Of a stretch of 64,000 nt of DNA, positions 40,740-53,527 are shown piece after piece. A program made the position numbers and the translations under genes. Positions within the stretch are counted from its first letter, which is position 1, and each line of letters opens with the position of its first letter. A model generated the notes under the pieces. That model was not told the DNA's origin, did no database searches, and saw only the letters and a list, made by a program, of their open reading frames with translations. This DNA is from Nitrospiraceae bacterium (GTDB lineage: Bacteria > Nitrospirota > Nitrospiria > Nitrospirales > Nitrospiraceae), in the NCBI GenBank assembly GCA_050246315.1, contig JBFWWG010000005.1, forward strand, positions 128,001 through 192,000, given 5' to 3'.

Positions 40740-41884
40740 AGTATGCGTGTGGCAGGCAGGTCTGCAAACCGCTGCTGCGGGCATTGCGCTGCTTCATACT
40801 GATGGTGGCATTACATGATCAGTCGGGATGGGCGGCGGACGACTCCATACCCGTTCAGGTTGTGAGGCGCAGCCAGGTGCTTATGGGCACCATCGTGCAG
40901 GTCACAGCCATGGGTGCAAACGAGCAGGTGGCCGGGTCGGCCGCCTCGGCCGCGCTCGCTGAAATTCGACGGCTGGAAGCCTTGTGGAGCACATGGATAC
41001 CAGGAAGCGAGGTCTCCCGGATCAATGCCGCGGCTAGTCTCAAAGCTGTGACCGTGAGTCCCGAGACTCTGGCACTCCTTCAGTGGTCCCTTCATGTCGG
41101 GAGATTGACGCATGGGGCCTTCAACATCGCCATCGGACCGGCCATGGACGCATGGAACTTCTCAGGTCAGCCTCGAATCCCGGAGGTGGCGGAGCTTGCT
41201 CGAGTGAAGCTCCTCACCGATCTTTCTCAGTTGAAAGTCGATGAACAGAACCGAACGGCCTTTCTGTCTCGGTTGCACATGCGGATCGATGTAGGAGGTA
41301 TTGGAAAGGGATATGCCGCGGATCTGGCTGTGGAGGTCATGCGACAAGCTGGTGCGTCGGCAGGAGTTGTGGCGTTATCAGGGGATATCAAGACGTTCGG
41401 TGAGCTGTCCGACGGACAGCCGTTTTTGTTCGGAGTGCGCCATCCCCGTGAGGAGGGCAAATTGCTGGCTCGCGTGGAGCTTATAAATGAGGCGATCTCA
41501 ACGGCAGGGGATTACGAGCGGTTCTTCGAACAAGAGGGCAGGAGATACCATCATATCCTGGATCCACACACCCTGTGGCCAGCTCGTGGTTGTCAGAGCG
41601 TGACGGTGGTGGCATCGCAAGGTGTTGTGGCCGATGGCTTGGATACCGGAATTTTTGTGCTCGGACTGGAACGCGGCCTCGAGTTGGTAGAGCGATTGCC
41701 GGAGGTTGAAGCGATCATTGTTGATGATGAAGGCCAAGTGTGGGTTTCATCCGGCCTAAAAAACCGTGTGCACCTTGAAGCTGATCCTGGAGGGAGCGGC
41801 CGACCATCACAATCGTCGGCGGCGGATCAACGCCACCATTTGTCCGTTCGCTCCCGAACATACCAGGATTTGCCCGGTGGGTAG
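40736..41884 (+). CDS. apbE: FAD:protein FMN transferase
   Basis: MGT, SEVSRIN, DVGGIGKGYAAD, STAGDYERFF, YHHILDP, ADGLDT. Confidence 0.95.
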   Translation: MKYACGRQVCKPLLRALRCFILMVALHDQSGWAADDSIPVQVVRRSQVLMGTIVQVTAMGANEQVAGSAASAALAEIRRLEALWSTWIPGSEVSRINAAASLKAVTVSPETLALLQWSLHVGRLTHGAFNIAIGPAMDAWNFSGQPRIPEVAELARVKLLTDLSQLKVDEQNRTAFLSRLHMRIDVGGIGKGYAADLAVEVMRQAGASAGVVALSGDIKTFGELSDGQPFLFGVRHPREEGKLLARVELINEAISTAGDYERFFEQEGRRYHHILDPHTLWPARGCQSVTVVASQGVVADGLDTGIFVLGLERGLELVERLPEVEAIIVDDEGQVWVSSGLKNRVHLEADPGGSGRPSQSSAADQRHHLSVRSRTYQDLPGG

Positions 41885-41927
41885 GTCGCCTCCACTCTGA
41901 AGCTGGAAGCAAGAGACGCGTGCCAGG

Positions 41928-42253
41928 CTAGGCCACGTAGGTGATGTGGATCCGATCGAGGTACTCAACCAGTTTTGCGAGTTGCCGCTCAATACTGTCT
42001 CGGTCGCGCCTGGCCGCGGCCAGTTCCAAGGCAGCTCCGATGTCGCCGATGCCGTCGAATCCGTACCCCCCTCCGTCTCCCTTCATGCGATGTCCGAGCG
42101 TCTGAATCGTCGGGAACTCGGCCTGTCCCAGCGCGAGGCGGATCTTCTCAATGTCCTTCCTTCGATTCTCCAGGAATCCCGGAATCAGGTGCTTGAGCGA
42201 TTCATCAATTTCCACGCGAATGGGGGCCTGTCGGTCGCTCTGCATGCGCGGAT

Positions 42254-42260
<7 letters not shown>
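41928..42260 (-). CDS. Hpt phosphotransfer protein
   Basis: [13 protein letters not shown]. Confidence 0.88.
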
Positions 42261-45277
<3,017 letters not shown>

Positions 45278-45361
45278 AGGCCTGTGCGCATGCCAAAATC
45301 CGTTGAGTTGGAGCCCGAAACCAAGCTGGTCTGTGGGGCGCGGCGAAGGCGAGCTGATCTC

Positions 45362-46333
45362 CTATGAGCCTCGGCGGACGAGGTTGCGCCCCTCTTCTTT
45401 GGCTTGATATAGGGCTTGATCCGCCGCACGGATCAGGTCGGTATGGTGCTTGTCACGTGAAGGGACTGTGCAGGCCATTCCAAGGCTGATCGTCACGCGG
45501 TGGCCCTTGGCGTCGGTAATGTCGAGGGCCTCGACCCGGCGGCGCAGCGATTCGGCGACTTGCGCGGCGCCCTCGGCGGGCGTGCCCGGAAGCACGATCG
45601 TAAATTCGTCCCCACCGTACCTCGCAACCAGGTCGCCGGGACGGTTGACTGCACCCATGAGCGCGTCGGCGACCTGCTTCAAACACTCGTCCCCGGCCTG
45701 ATGTCCGTGCGAGTCGTTGTATTCCTTGAACCGATCGATATCGACCATGATCAACGACAGCGGGGTGCTTTCACGGGCACCGCGGCGCCACTCCTGGTCG
45801 AGGAACTCATCGAACTGGCGACGGTTGGTGATGCCCGTGAGGCCGTCTAGGCTGGATAGTCTCAAGAGCATTTGATTGGCTTCCTGCAATTGCCGCATGA
45901 CCTCAAGCAATTCCTGCTCGCGGGATCGGCGGCGCTCGATTTCATGAATCAGCCGGAGTACCGACCGGACGCGAGTCAGGAGCTCCATCTTGTTGATGGG
46001 CTTCCCCACATAGTCCATAGCGCCAGCGGCGAAAGCCAACTGCAGATCAACAGGGTCGGTCTTGACCGTGACCATGATGATCGGGATCTCGCGCAACCGT
46101 TCCACTGCCTTGATTTGACGGCAGGCCTCGATGCCGTTCATCTCAGGCATGATGATGTCCATGAGAACCAGATCCACATGGTGAACGGATGGGGGTTGGC
46201 CGTCCAAACCGAGGAAGCGAAAGGCTGCCTCGGCGGACTCGGCGACCAACACATCGGTATACCCGGCCGACGTCAGGATCGATTTCAGCAACAGCCGATC
46301 GTCGGGAGAATCGTCAACAACCAGGATGGCCAT
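45362..46333 (-). CDS. response-regulator diguanylate cyclase
   Basis: REC domain, [15 protein letters not shown]-site, RYGGDEF. Confidence 0.93.
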   Translation of the reverse strand: MAILVVDDSPDDRLLLKSILTSAGYTDVLVAESAEAAFRFLGLDGQPPSVHHVDLVLMDIIMPEMNGIEACRQIKAVERLREIPIIMVTVKTDPVDLQLAFAAGAMDYVGKPINKMELLTRVRSVLRLIHEIERRRSREQELLEVMRQLQEANQMLLRLSSLDGLTGITNRRQFDEFLDQEWRRGARESTPLSLIMVDIDRFKEYNDSHGHQAGDECLKQVADALMGAVNRPGDLVARYGGDEFTIVLPGTPAEGAAQVAESLRRRVEALDITDAKGHRVTISLGMACTVPSRDKHHTDLIRAADQALYQAKEEGRNLVRRGS

Positions 46334-46392
46334 CGGGGGCGCTCGCGGACACTATGGGGAGCAAGGTTCGATACCCGTCGGAATGCTAGCAG

Positions 46393-47034
46393 TTACTCCG
46401 GATAAACGCCAGGATAAAGCCGCTTGGCGCAGGGGAGGCAGAGTCCGTGGCTAAAGGCAGCCTCGGAATGGTCCTGGATGTATTCTTCGATCTGCTGCCA
46501 GTATCCATGGTCGTTACGAATCTTCTTGCAGCCTGCGCAAATGGGGATGAGCCCCCGCAGCACCTTCACTTCGGCGAGCGCACGTTCGAGCTGTTGATTG
46601 CGCTCCTTCAGATCATGCTCGCGGGCTCTCCGGCGGTCCATCTCCCGTTTCAGCGTCAGGGCGGAGGCCACCCGCGCTGTGAGCTCGATTGTATTCACGG
46701 GTTTGGTCAGGAAATCGATGGCACCTGCGGCGAACGCGTCCTGCAAATAGAAGGTGTCGGTCTTGGCCGTGACCATGATGATCGGGATCTCGTCCACGGA
46801 GGAGCAGGCTTTGATTGTCCGGCAGGCCTCGACCCCGTTGATACCGGGCATCATGATATCCAACAGGATGAGATCCGGCGCCGGCCCGGACTGGTTGTCG
46901 CGATCCATCCCCAATTCCTGGTAGGCCTCCTGAGCAGACCCGGCCAGACGTACGTGCGCGTGGCCGGCCTGCCGAAGGATGGTTTCAAGCAGGGCGCGCT
47001 GATCCGGCGAATCATCGACGATGAGGATGCTCAT
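46393..47034 (-). CDS. response regulator with Cys-rich C-terminal domain
   Basis: REC domain, coiled coil, PICAGCKKIR...SHGLCLPC. Confidence 0.9.
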   Translation of the reverse strand: MSILIVDDSPDQRALLETILRQAGHAHVRLAGSAQEAYQELGMDRDNQSGPAPDLILLDIMMPGINGVEACRTIKACSSVDEIPIIMVTAKTDTFYLQDAFAAGAIDFLTKPVNTIELTARVASALTLKREMDRRRAREHDLKERNQQLERALAEVKVLRGLIPICAGCKKIRNDHGYWQQIEEYIQDHSEAAFSHGLCLPCAKRLYPGVYPE

Positions 47035-47153
47035 TGGGGGCCTCTGCGGCTGCTCGTTGCGTTGGAGAGACACGCTTTTCGTGTGGAGTCAGGGCGATCG
47101 CAATCGATCGTCTGTACCGGAGCAAGTATAGCAGGGTCGAATGGTCGGAGGGG

Positions 47154-47600
47154 TCAGGTCAGTTTGGAACGGACGAGCTCACTCACCACTTTGCCGTCCG
47201 CCGGTCGTCCGCCAAGCTGCGCCATAACGGCCTTCATGACCGCACCCATGTCCTTCATGGTAGGCGAACCGAACTCCCGGATGACCACCTCGACCAGTTG
47301 TCCGAGTTGATCGGTCGAGAGAGCGTGCGGGAGATACCCCTCGATGATCGTGATTTCCTGGCGCTCCTTGGCAGCCAAATCCTCGCGCCGAGCCTTCTCG
47401 AACTGATCCACCGATTCGCGGCGTTGTTTGATCAGAGTGGCCATCACACGGCTCATTTCGGCATCGTCAAGGTCGCGCTTGAGTTCGATCTCGCGCCGTT
47501 GGATCGCCGCCTTGATCATCCTGATGACATCCATGCGCAGTTGGTCTTTGGCCTTCATGGCTTGCTGCAGATCGCGTGTGAGGCGGTCGGACATCGACAT
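47154..47600 (-). CDS. GatB/YqeY domain protein
   Basis: DLQQAMKAKD, KQRRES, MKDMGAVM, ADGKVVS. Confidence 0.93.
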   Translation of the reverse strand: MSMSDRLTRDLQQAMKAKDQLRMDVIRMIKAAIQRREIELKRDLDDAEMSRVMATLIKQRRESVDQFEKARREDLAAKERQEITIIEGYLPHALSTDQLGQLVEVVIREFGSPTMKDMGAVMKAVMAQLGGRPADGKVVSELVRSKLT

Positions 47601-47866
47601 AGGCGGCCTCCTTGTATGGCGGCGATGGGAACCTCGTCACCTTAGCTAATCCCGGAATGGCCGTCAATCGGAGATGTCGATCCAAAGCGCCCTGTTCGTG
47701 GCGTTGATCCAGGACATGCAGTATGATTTGGTCGCATGCGGCATAGGGTGACCAACCCAGGTGATCAAGAAGGTTGGGGGCATCACTGGACAAGTTAGCT
47801 CCGGCCGTCGAGCGCAACGCAATTGGAGGGACGGCCGGTTCAACCGTGAGGTGGGAAGGAGGCGCC

Positions 47867-48097
47867 ATGGAAACCGGAGCCGACAGGAAGTGGACAGAAA
47901 CGAAATCGGGCCGCATTGTGATGGAGGGTTTGCTTGCACTCTGGCTGCTCACTGCGGTCGGCTGTAGCTCGCCGGAATCGGTCAAGGGGCTTCCACCACC
48001 CTCCAATCAGGATGTACGGGGGCACGCCGACAGCACATTCGACAAGCTGAAAGAGGAGGAACGGCAGGGGAGGGGTGGTACCCGGCCGATGCAGTAG
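47867..48097 (+). CDS. small lipoprotein
   Basis: AAGGAGG RBS; LLTAVGC lipobox. Confidence 0.6.
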   Translation: METGADRKWTETKSGRIVMEGLLALWLLTAVGCSSPESVKGLPPPSNQDVRGHADSTFDKLKEEERQGRGGTRPMQ

Positions 48098-48140
48098 CGG
48101 CTATCCGGCCATCAACACAACCGGGGCGCCAATCGATAGA

Positions 48141-49619
48141 CTAGCCTCGACTGCGAAGAAATAGTCGGTGGAGCGGCTGAAGGACCGGCAGATGGGCCAG
48201 AAGGCGACGTGGCGAGCAAGTGCTCTCCGTGCGAAGCTCCCGCAGCTTGGGCAGGAACAGGATCGCGACGACCAACCGTAATGAGCCGGAGATAAGGAAT
48301 AACAAGGGGAGGTTTGAGTCGACGGACCAGTCGATCCCCAAACCCGAGATCCGAGAAGGAAGCCATCCCGCCAACCATCCGCCAGTCAGGGCTCCGACAA
48401 ACCAACCCATTGCGTTGATCGTATTGGCCAAGGCGACCGCGCGCCCCTTGTCCTCCACCGGGACCGCATCGAAAATGTAATTTTGGAGTCCAAGCGAAAA
48501 GCCAGCCCAAATCATCCCGCCAAAAAGATTGACGCAGATCAGAAACGGAACAGAGCTGCTGAACAGATACAATGTGGGCAGGAGCGGCACAAGGGATCCG
48601 GTGATGGTCAGGGTCGCGGCGTGTCCACAACGGTCTCCCAGCCGTCCCCAGGCCTTGAGCGAGATGAATTGTCCTACCATCTGAGCCGCGAGCCACGAGC
48701 CGTACTCCACATAGCTCAGATGAAGGTCATGCAGGAGATAGACCACGAAGTACGGGCCGGCCAGCAGAGTCGCCGCGTGCATCAGGCCGGAAAAATAGAG
48801 AAACCGCCTAAAATCGGTACTGCCGTGGCGGATCAAGAGTTCGACGAACCCGGCTGGTTGAATGGGCGAACGTGGACACGGCAGGTCAGTCAAACGCCCA
48901 AGAAAGAAGGTAGAGAGCACTCTGCCTGTTGCGGCGAGGAGAAAGATCGCGGCAAAGCCTCCCCAGTCGAGGGACCATCGCTCGCTGATGTGGAGCAGAA
49001 GGCCGCCGGCGGTCAGGCCGGCGAAATTGGCCACTGACATGAGCTGGGCTCTCCGGCCGAAATAGTGACCGCGCAGATTGGGACCGACGATATCGGTGAA
49101 GAGACTGTTCCAAGCCGGGACTGTCATGTGCCCCAGAGCGGCGTAGAGGACCACACAAATGATGAACAGCGCGGCGGCCTGGTCCGTAAAGAGCAAGGGC
49201 AATGTGAAGAGAGGGAACCAAGCCAACGCCTGTCCCAGCGATCCGGAGATGAGCAGCTGTTTGCGGGAGAGATGCGACAGGGGGTGGCTAGCGGCGCAGA
49301 GCTGTGCCCATGTGCCGACCAACTGCGGGAGGGCGGAGAGCAGCCCGATTTGGAGAGGGGTGGCCTTGAGCAGCAATGCAAAGGCCGAGAAGTAGTGTTC
49401 ACCGATCCCCTGCGTGACGGCCTGGCAGAGGCCGTCACGGATACCGCTAGCCCGGTTTTCCTGCAAGTCCTTTCTGGTTGGGCTGAGCGAGCGGTGTAGG
49501 GAGTAGGGGGTTGGTGTGATGAATTGTTGTGTCGGTCTGTTGGAAATGTCTGTTGTATCGAATGCCGTGGCGTTGGGGGCATCCCGGGGAGGCTGATCTG
49601 TCACTGAGGATTGGTCCAC
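48141..49619 (-). CDS. MFS transporter
   Basis: ~12 TM; RGHYFGRR, WGRLGDRCG. Confidence 0.88.
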   Translation of the reverse strand: MDQSSVTDQPPRDAPNATAFDTTDISNRPTQQFITPTPYSLHRSLSPTRKDLQENRASGIRDGLCQAVTQGIGEHYFSAFALLLKATPLQIGLLSALPQLVGTWAQLCAASHPLSHLSRKQLLISGSLGQALAWFPLFTLPLLFTDQAAALFIICVVLYAALGHMTVPAWNSLFTDIVGPNLRGHYFGRRAQLMSVANFAGLTAGGLLLHISERWSLDWGGFAAIFLLAATGRVLSTFFLGRLTDLPCPRSPIQPAGFVELLIRHGSTDFRRFLYFSGLMHAATLLAGPYFVVYLLHDLHLSYVEYGSWLAAQMVGQFISLKAWGRLGDRCGHAATLTITGSLVPLLPTLYLFSSSVPFLICVNLFGGMIWAGFSLGLQNYIFDAVPVEDKGRAVALANTINAMGWFVGALTGGWLAGWLPSRISGLGIDWSVDSNLPLLFLISGSLRLVVAILFLPKLRELRTESTCSPRRLLAHLPVLQPLHRLFLRSRG

Positions 49620-49813
49620 GGTACAGACGAGGGGGAGTGCGGTGAATCTATTGAGGTAGAGTGATCAAAATTGAATTATATCAAAAGCCAGCCAAGCCGC
49701 TTGGGGATTGTCGGGAGAGGCCCTATCGTCCGACTGACCGTCGTGGCACAATGGACAGAAGGTAGGAGTAACCGACTCCGCTAAGAACCGGGTCGATTGT
49801 TGAGAGGGATGCC

Positions 49814-50467
49814 ATGAAGAGATGGATATCACAGGATCGATCAGTTGAGACCGGCGATCGCCTGCGACTCTGTTTTCTGGGAATCTTGTCTCTGGTCGCA
49901 TCGCCGGGAGCAGCCACGGCGGTGGATCTGATGGCACCGAAGGAACAGCAGAATACGGAAGTAGATCACACGCAGTTGCAGGAATTCGACCAGCAGCGGA
50001 GGGGCACCCCACAGGCCATTTTCATTTGGATCAAATTGGCCGAAGCGTTCGAAGAGGAATGGGACAGCTTCGGGAGGAAGGGATGGTACACGCAGGACCC
50101 AAGGCTGAAGCCCGTCGGGGGCGGTAGCACGGTGTTCAAGCCCGACACCCCTATCATTTATATCGTATTCGAAGCGGCCCCCTTGGAAGATCCCGCGTTG
50201 TTCAGCGCCCAGTGGTTCCTGGAGGGAGAAGGCGGGAAATTCTCCGAGAACCCGATTGGAAAGGATGCGCTGGAGGTGCCGGGCCATTCGCGATATGGGT
50301 ATTTGGAACTGAAGAAACCCGATGGGGCCTGGCCCAGAGGCAACTACATGGTAAAAATCTACATCACACCCCTTGGCCAGCAAGCCTTCCATGCTGCCAA
50401 TCAGGTGGGGACCATGAAGTTCACCATTGCCGATCAACCTCCACAGACCGGCCAGACAAGACCATAG
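49814..50467 (+). CDS. exported hypothetical protein
   Basis: signal-like N-terminus; C-terminal KPDGAWPRGNY Ig-like segment. Confidence 0.75.
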   Translation: MKRWISQDRSVETGDRLRLCFLGILSLVASPGAATAVDLMAPKEQQNTEVDHTQLQEFDQQRRGTPQAIFIWIKLAEAFEEEWDSFGRKGWYTQDPRLKPVGGGSTVFKPDTPIIYIVFEAAPLEDPALFSAQWFLEGEGGKFSENPIGKDALEVPGHSRYGYLELKKPDGAWPRGNYMVKIYITPLGQQAFHAANQVGTMKFTIADQPPQTGQTRP

Positions 50468-50531
50468 CCACCTCCATGGTCTTGCGTTCGGTTAGCCATC
50501 CTTTGTAGAGTCACATTCTTTGAGGTATGTC

Positions 50532-50828
50532 GTGCCGATTTATGAGTATGTGGCGCAGCACTGTCTGCGTGGATCGCCCTGCTCCAAGCGATTGGAGTAT
50601 TTGCAATCGGTGACGGAGGGCCCCCTGGACTGCTGCCGCGAATGCGGTGCCGCGATACAGCGGGTGTTCTCTACCTTTGCGGCTAGGACCGGCGCGGTCA
50701 GTCCGTCGGCACCTGATCCAACCCCGCTGAATATCACCGGAATGCCGGCGCCATCTTCGATGCCGACCGCGGAAGGAGGAGGGGGCTGTGAGGGGCATGA
50801 TCACGGAGGGGGGCGTGATTCAAAATGA
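50532..50828 (+). CDS. FmdB-family zinc-ribbon protein
   Basis: GTG start; PIYEY..C..C..LE..CRECG..RVFSTF; His-rich tail. Confidence 0.8.
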   Translation: MPIYEYVAQHCLRGSPCSKRLEYLQSVTEGPLDCCRECGAAIQRVFSTFAARTGAVSPSAPDPTPLNITGMPAPSSMPTAEGGGGCEGHDHGGGRDSK

Positions 50829-50846
50829 AAAGGGAGATGGTAGGAG

Positions 50847-51131
50847 ATGGCCGAGCGTGTAAAGGAAATCGACCCAGAGAAGTTAGCCTTGCTCTGTGAG
50901 CGGTTTCGGGATGTCTGTCTCGTGGAGAAGGAAGTCTGGACGGAAATCTACCTCCCGCGCGATGTCAAGCAGGGACCGATCCTGACGAATGTACAGGTAC
51001 GCTACGACGTCGAAATTGACGATGTCCACGTCACGGATGTGCTCGAAGCCAACATTCCGATGGGCAAAGCCGCACTCGGTGCGGCGATCGAACAATACCG
51101 CAGCCATATCAGTTTCTATCGGAAGGGGTAG
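50847..51131 (+). CDS. hypothetical protein
   Basis: AGGAG RBS; 94 aa. Confidence 0.75.
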   Translation: MAERVKEIDPEKLALLCERFRDVCLVEKEVWTEIYLPRDVKQGPILTNVQVRYDVEIDDVHVTDVLEANIPMGKAALGAAIEQYRSHISFYRKG

Positions 51132-51157
51132 TCTGCCTGGTAGGGTTGAGGCCTTGG

Positions 51158-51775
51158 TCAGTCGGCCAGGGTCTTCTCGACATCTTGGACGATCTGGTCA
51201 GATAACGGCTTGGTTCGGTGATGGTACTTGGCCACGACGCTGCCGGAACGATCCACCAAGTATTTCTGGAAGTTCCATTCGACCTCGCCAGGAAACGGGC
51301 TTTCTTCCGTCAAATACCGGTAAAGGGGATGCTTGTCCGGTCCCTTGACGCTGATCTTGCTGAACAGCGGAAACGTCAGACTGTACTTCGTAAAACAGAA
51401 GTTCTTGATCTCCTGATTCGTTCCCGGCTCCTGTTGGCCGAAATTGTTGGCCGGAAAAGCCAGAATCTCAAAGCCTTGCTCCTTGAACTTGTCGTACATG
51501 GCTTGGAGATCCGAATACTGCGGTGTATTGCCGCAGAAGCTGGCCGTGTTCACGAGCAACAACACCTTGCCCTTAAACTGTCCGAGCGACAGGGGATGGC
51601 CGTCGATGTCATCCAGGGTAAAATCGTAGAGGCCGGTGGTCTTGGCCGCCATGACCATCGTTCCTTCCTGAGCAGCTTGCGCCCCGTTCAATTCAAAGAG
51701 ATAGCTGGAATTGCATCCTGCGACGAGTCCTGCACCGAGACCGAGTCCCGTCACCCATCGACGGACAGTAGACAT
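51158..51775 (-). CDS. glutathione peroxidase family protein (Cys type), lipoprotein signal
   Basis: NTASFCGNTPQY, NFGQQEPG, WNFQKYLVDR; LVAGC lipobox. Confidence 0.9.
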   Translation of the reverse strand: MSTVRRWVTGLGLGAGLVAGCNSSYLFELNGAQAAQEGTMVMAAKTTGLYDFTLDDIDGHPLSLGQFKGKVLLLVNTASFCGNTPQYSDLQAMYDKFKEQGFEILAFPANNFGQQEPGTNQEIKNFCFTKYSLTFPLFSKISVKGPDKHPLYRYLTEESPFPGEVEWNFQKYLVDRSGSVVAKYHHRTKPLSDQIVQDVEKTLAD

Positions 51776-51883
51776 GGCACCCCTCCATACCAAGCTTGCT
51801 TCATCCGGCCGCCCATCGGATTCTTCTTTGCGTCTGGAGATGACTCCTCCAGTGATTTCACCTTCTTCCGATGCTTGATCGAA

Positions 51884-52777
51884 TCAGGCCCGCAACTGTT
51901 GTAACGCCGCGATTCGGTCCTCAATCGGCGGATGCGTGGCAAACAAACTCATGATCCCCCCAGTGCGACCTGAGATCTTCATCGTCGCTAGCGCGTCTTG
52001 TTGGGCCGGCTCAAATTGATTTTGCGCAACCCACCGATCGATCGCGCGAAGTGCGGAGATCATCGAATCTTTCCCGTAGACCTTCGCTGAGAAGGCATCA
52101 GCTCCATACTCGCGGTGGCGGGAGAACCAACTGATCAGGATCGAGGCCAGGATGCTGACGACGATTTGCAGCACGAGAGAGAGACCGAAGCCCAGCGCGG
52201 CCTGATCGCGTTCCGCGAAGAAGCGCCTCACCCACATGGCGATGAAATACACGAAGGTATTCATCAAACCGGCCAGCACCGTGGTAGCGAACATGTCGCC
52301 GTTGAACACGTGGCCCATTTCGTGAGCCAGAACGGCTTTGACCTCCTCTTCACTCAGGTTGCGCAAAAGCCCGGTCGAGACCGCCACCATCGAGTTGTTC
52401 TTGCTGGGTCCGGTCGCGAACGCATTGGGGTCGGGGGATTCATACACCCAGACCTCCGGCATCTCGATATGGAGGCGGGCGGCAATCTCCTTCACCGATC
52501 CATAGATAAGCTGTTCCGCTTGCGTCCTCGGATTGGTGATTTGAGAGCAATCGAGCATGGCCCGAGCCATCTGCTTCGAGAACGCTAAGCTGATAAAGGC
52601 ACCACCGAACCCGAAGACCAACGCCCAGACCAAGGACGTGAGATCGACCGATCCCCGCACATCAATGCCGAACATCGGCAAGATCACGTTGATCACGATG
52701 GGAACCGTGATCGAGAGCGTCACCATGATCAGGATGTTGGCGGCGAGCAACAGCATGATTCCCTTCATTGACTTCAT
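51884..52777 (-). CDS. htpX: HtpX membrane zinc protease
   Basis: PNAFATG, AHEMGH, SRHREYGAD, THPPIEDRI. Confidence 0.95.
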   Translation of the reverse strand: MKSMKGIMLLLAANILIMVTLSITVPIVINVILPMFGIDVRGSVDLTSLVWALVFGFGGAFISLAFSKQMARAMLDCSQITNPRTQAEQLIYGSVKEIAARLHIEMPEVWVYESPDPNAFATGPSKNNSMVAVSTGLLRNLSEEEVKAVLAHEMGHVFNGDMFATTVLAGLMNTFVYFIAMWVRRFFAERDQAALGFGLSLVLQIVVSILASILISWFSRHREYGADAFSAKVYGKDSMISALRAIDRWVAQNQFEPAQQDALATMKISGRTGGIMSLFATHPPIEDRIAALQQLRA

Positions 52778-53074
52778 CTGCCTTATCCTCCTTCGCTGGA
52801 CCGCCGGAACTGGATGCCCGGAGCCAGCCGTATCGTAAACTTGCCAGATTATACTACAAGCACCGGGCATGTTCCTGAAGATTGCGCTGGCGTCCTTCGT
52901 GAGGACCTGAGCGTCCTTTATAGATAAGCCGGACCTCAGCGGAGGTCAATACCGTGAAATGTGTCATAAATCACGGGGTCGTGGTGAGAACGACAAGGTG
53001 GCAAGCTACGGCTCCAACCGCTGGAGAACCGCCCATCAGGTTGACCCCCGGAAGTCGTTTTGTTAGAAGTGCGC

Positions 53075-53527
53075 ATGGCTGCTCTGGTCCCACAGCATGG
53101 CGTTGTCCTGCTGCTGGTTGTGCTAGCTGGGGGTGCAATGGCGTCCGTTTCGGGGCAGTCCAGGGCAGAGGATGCAGCTCGATCTCCGAGCGTATCCCCT
53201 GTGGTCGCTGAGATGGGTGAGGACAATGTGCAACGGCTTACACTGACGCTCGACAGCTATTCCTATAGTCCAAGCTGGATTGCGGTCCAAGTCGGCAAAC
53301 CGGTCGAGCTTGTTCTAAAGAGTGTGACAGTGCTCACCCCACACAATTTTGTATTGAAAGAGGGCGGACTGTCCATTGACCAGGACGTAAGCGCCGGAGG
53401 CACCAAGAGTGTGCGATTCGTTCCCATGCAGACCGGGCAATTCACCTTCTATTGTGACAAGCAATTGTTGTTCTTCAAGAGCCATCAAGAAAAGGGTATG
53501 GAAGGCCTCTTGGATGTAAGGCCGTGA
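53075..53527 (+). CDS. exported cupredoxin-domain protein
   Basis: PHNF ... YCDK...H...GM type-1 copper ligand set. Confidence 0.8.
   Translation: MAALVPQHGVVLLLVVLAGGAMASVSGQSRAEDAARSPSVSPVVAEMGEDNVQRLTLTLDSYSYSPSWIAVQVGKPVELVLKSVTVLTPHNFVLKEGGLSIDQDVSAGGTKSVRFVPMQTGQFTFYCDKQLLFFKSHQEKGMEGLLDVRP

Noticed and set aside
35664..41930. Intact integrative element at tRNA-Ala
   Set aside because: No integrase and no convincing duplicated tRNA 3' end.
51158..51775. Selenocysteine glutathione peroxidase
   Set aside because: The active-site codon encodes Cys; there is no in-frame TGA.
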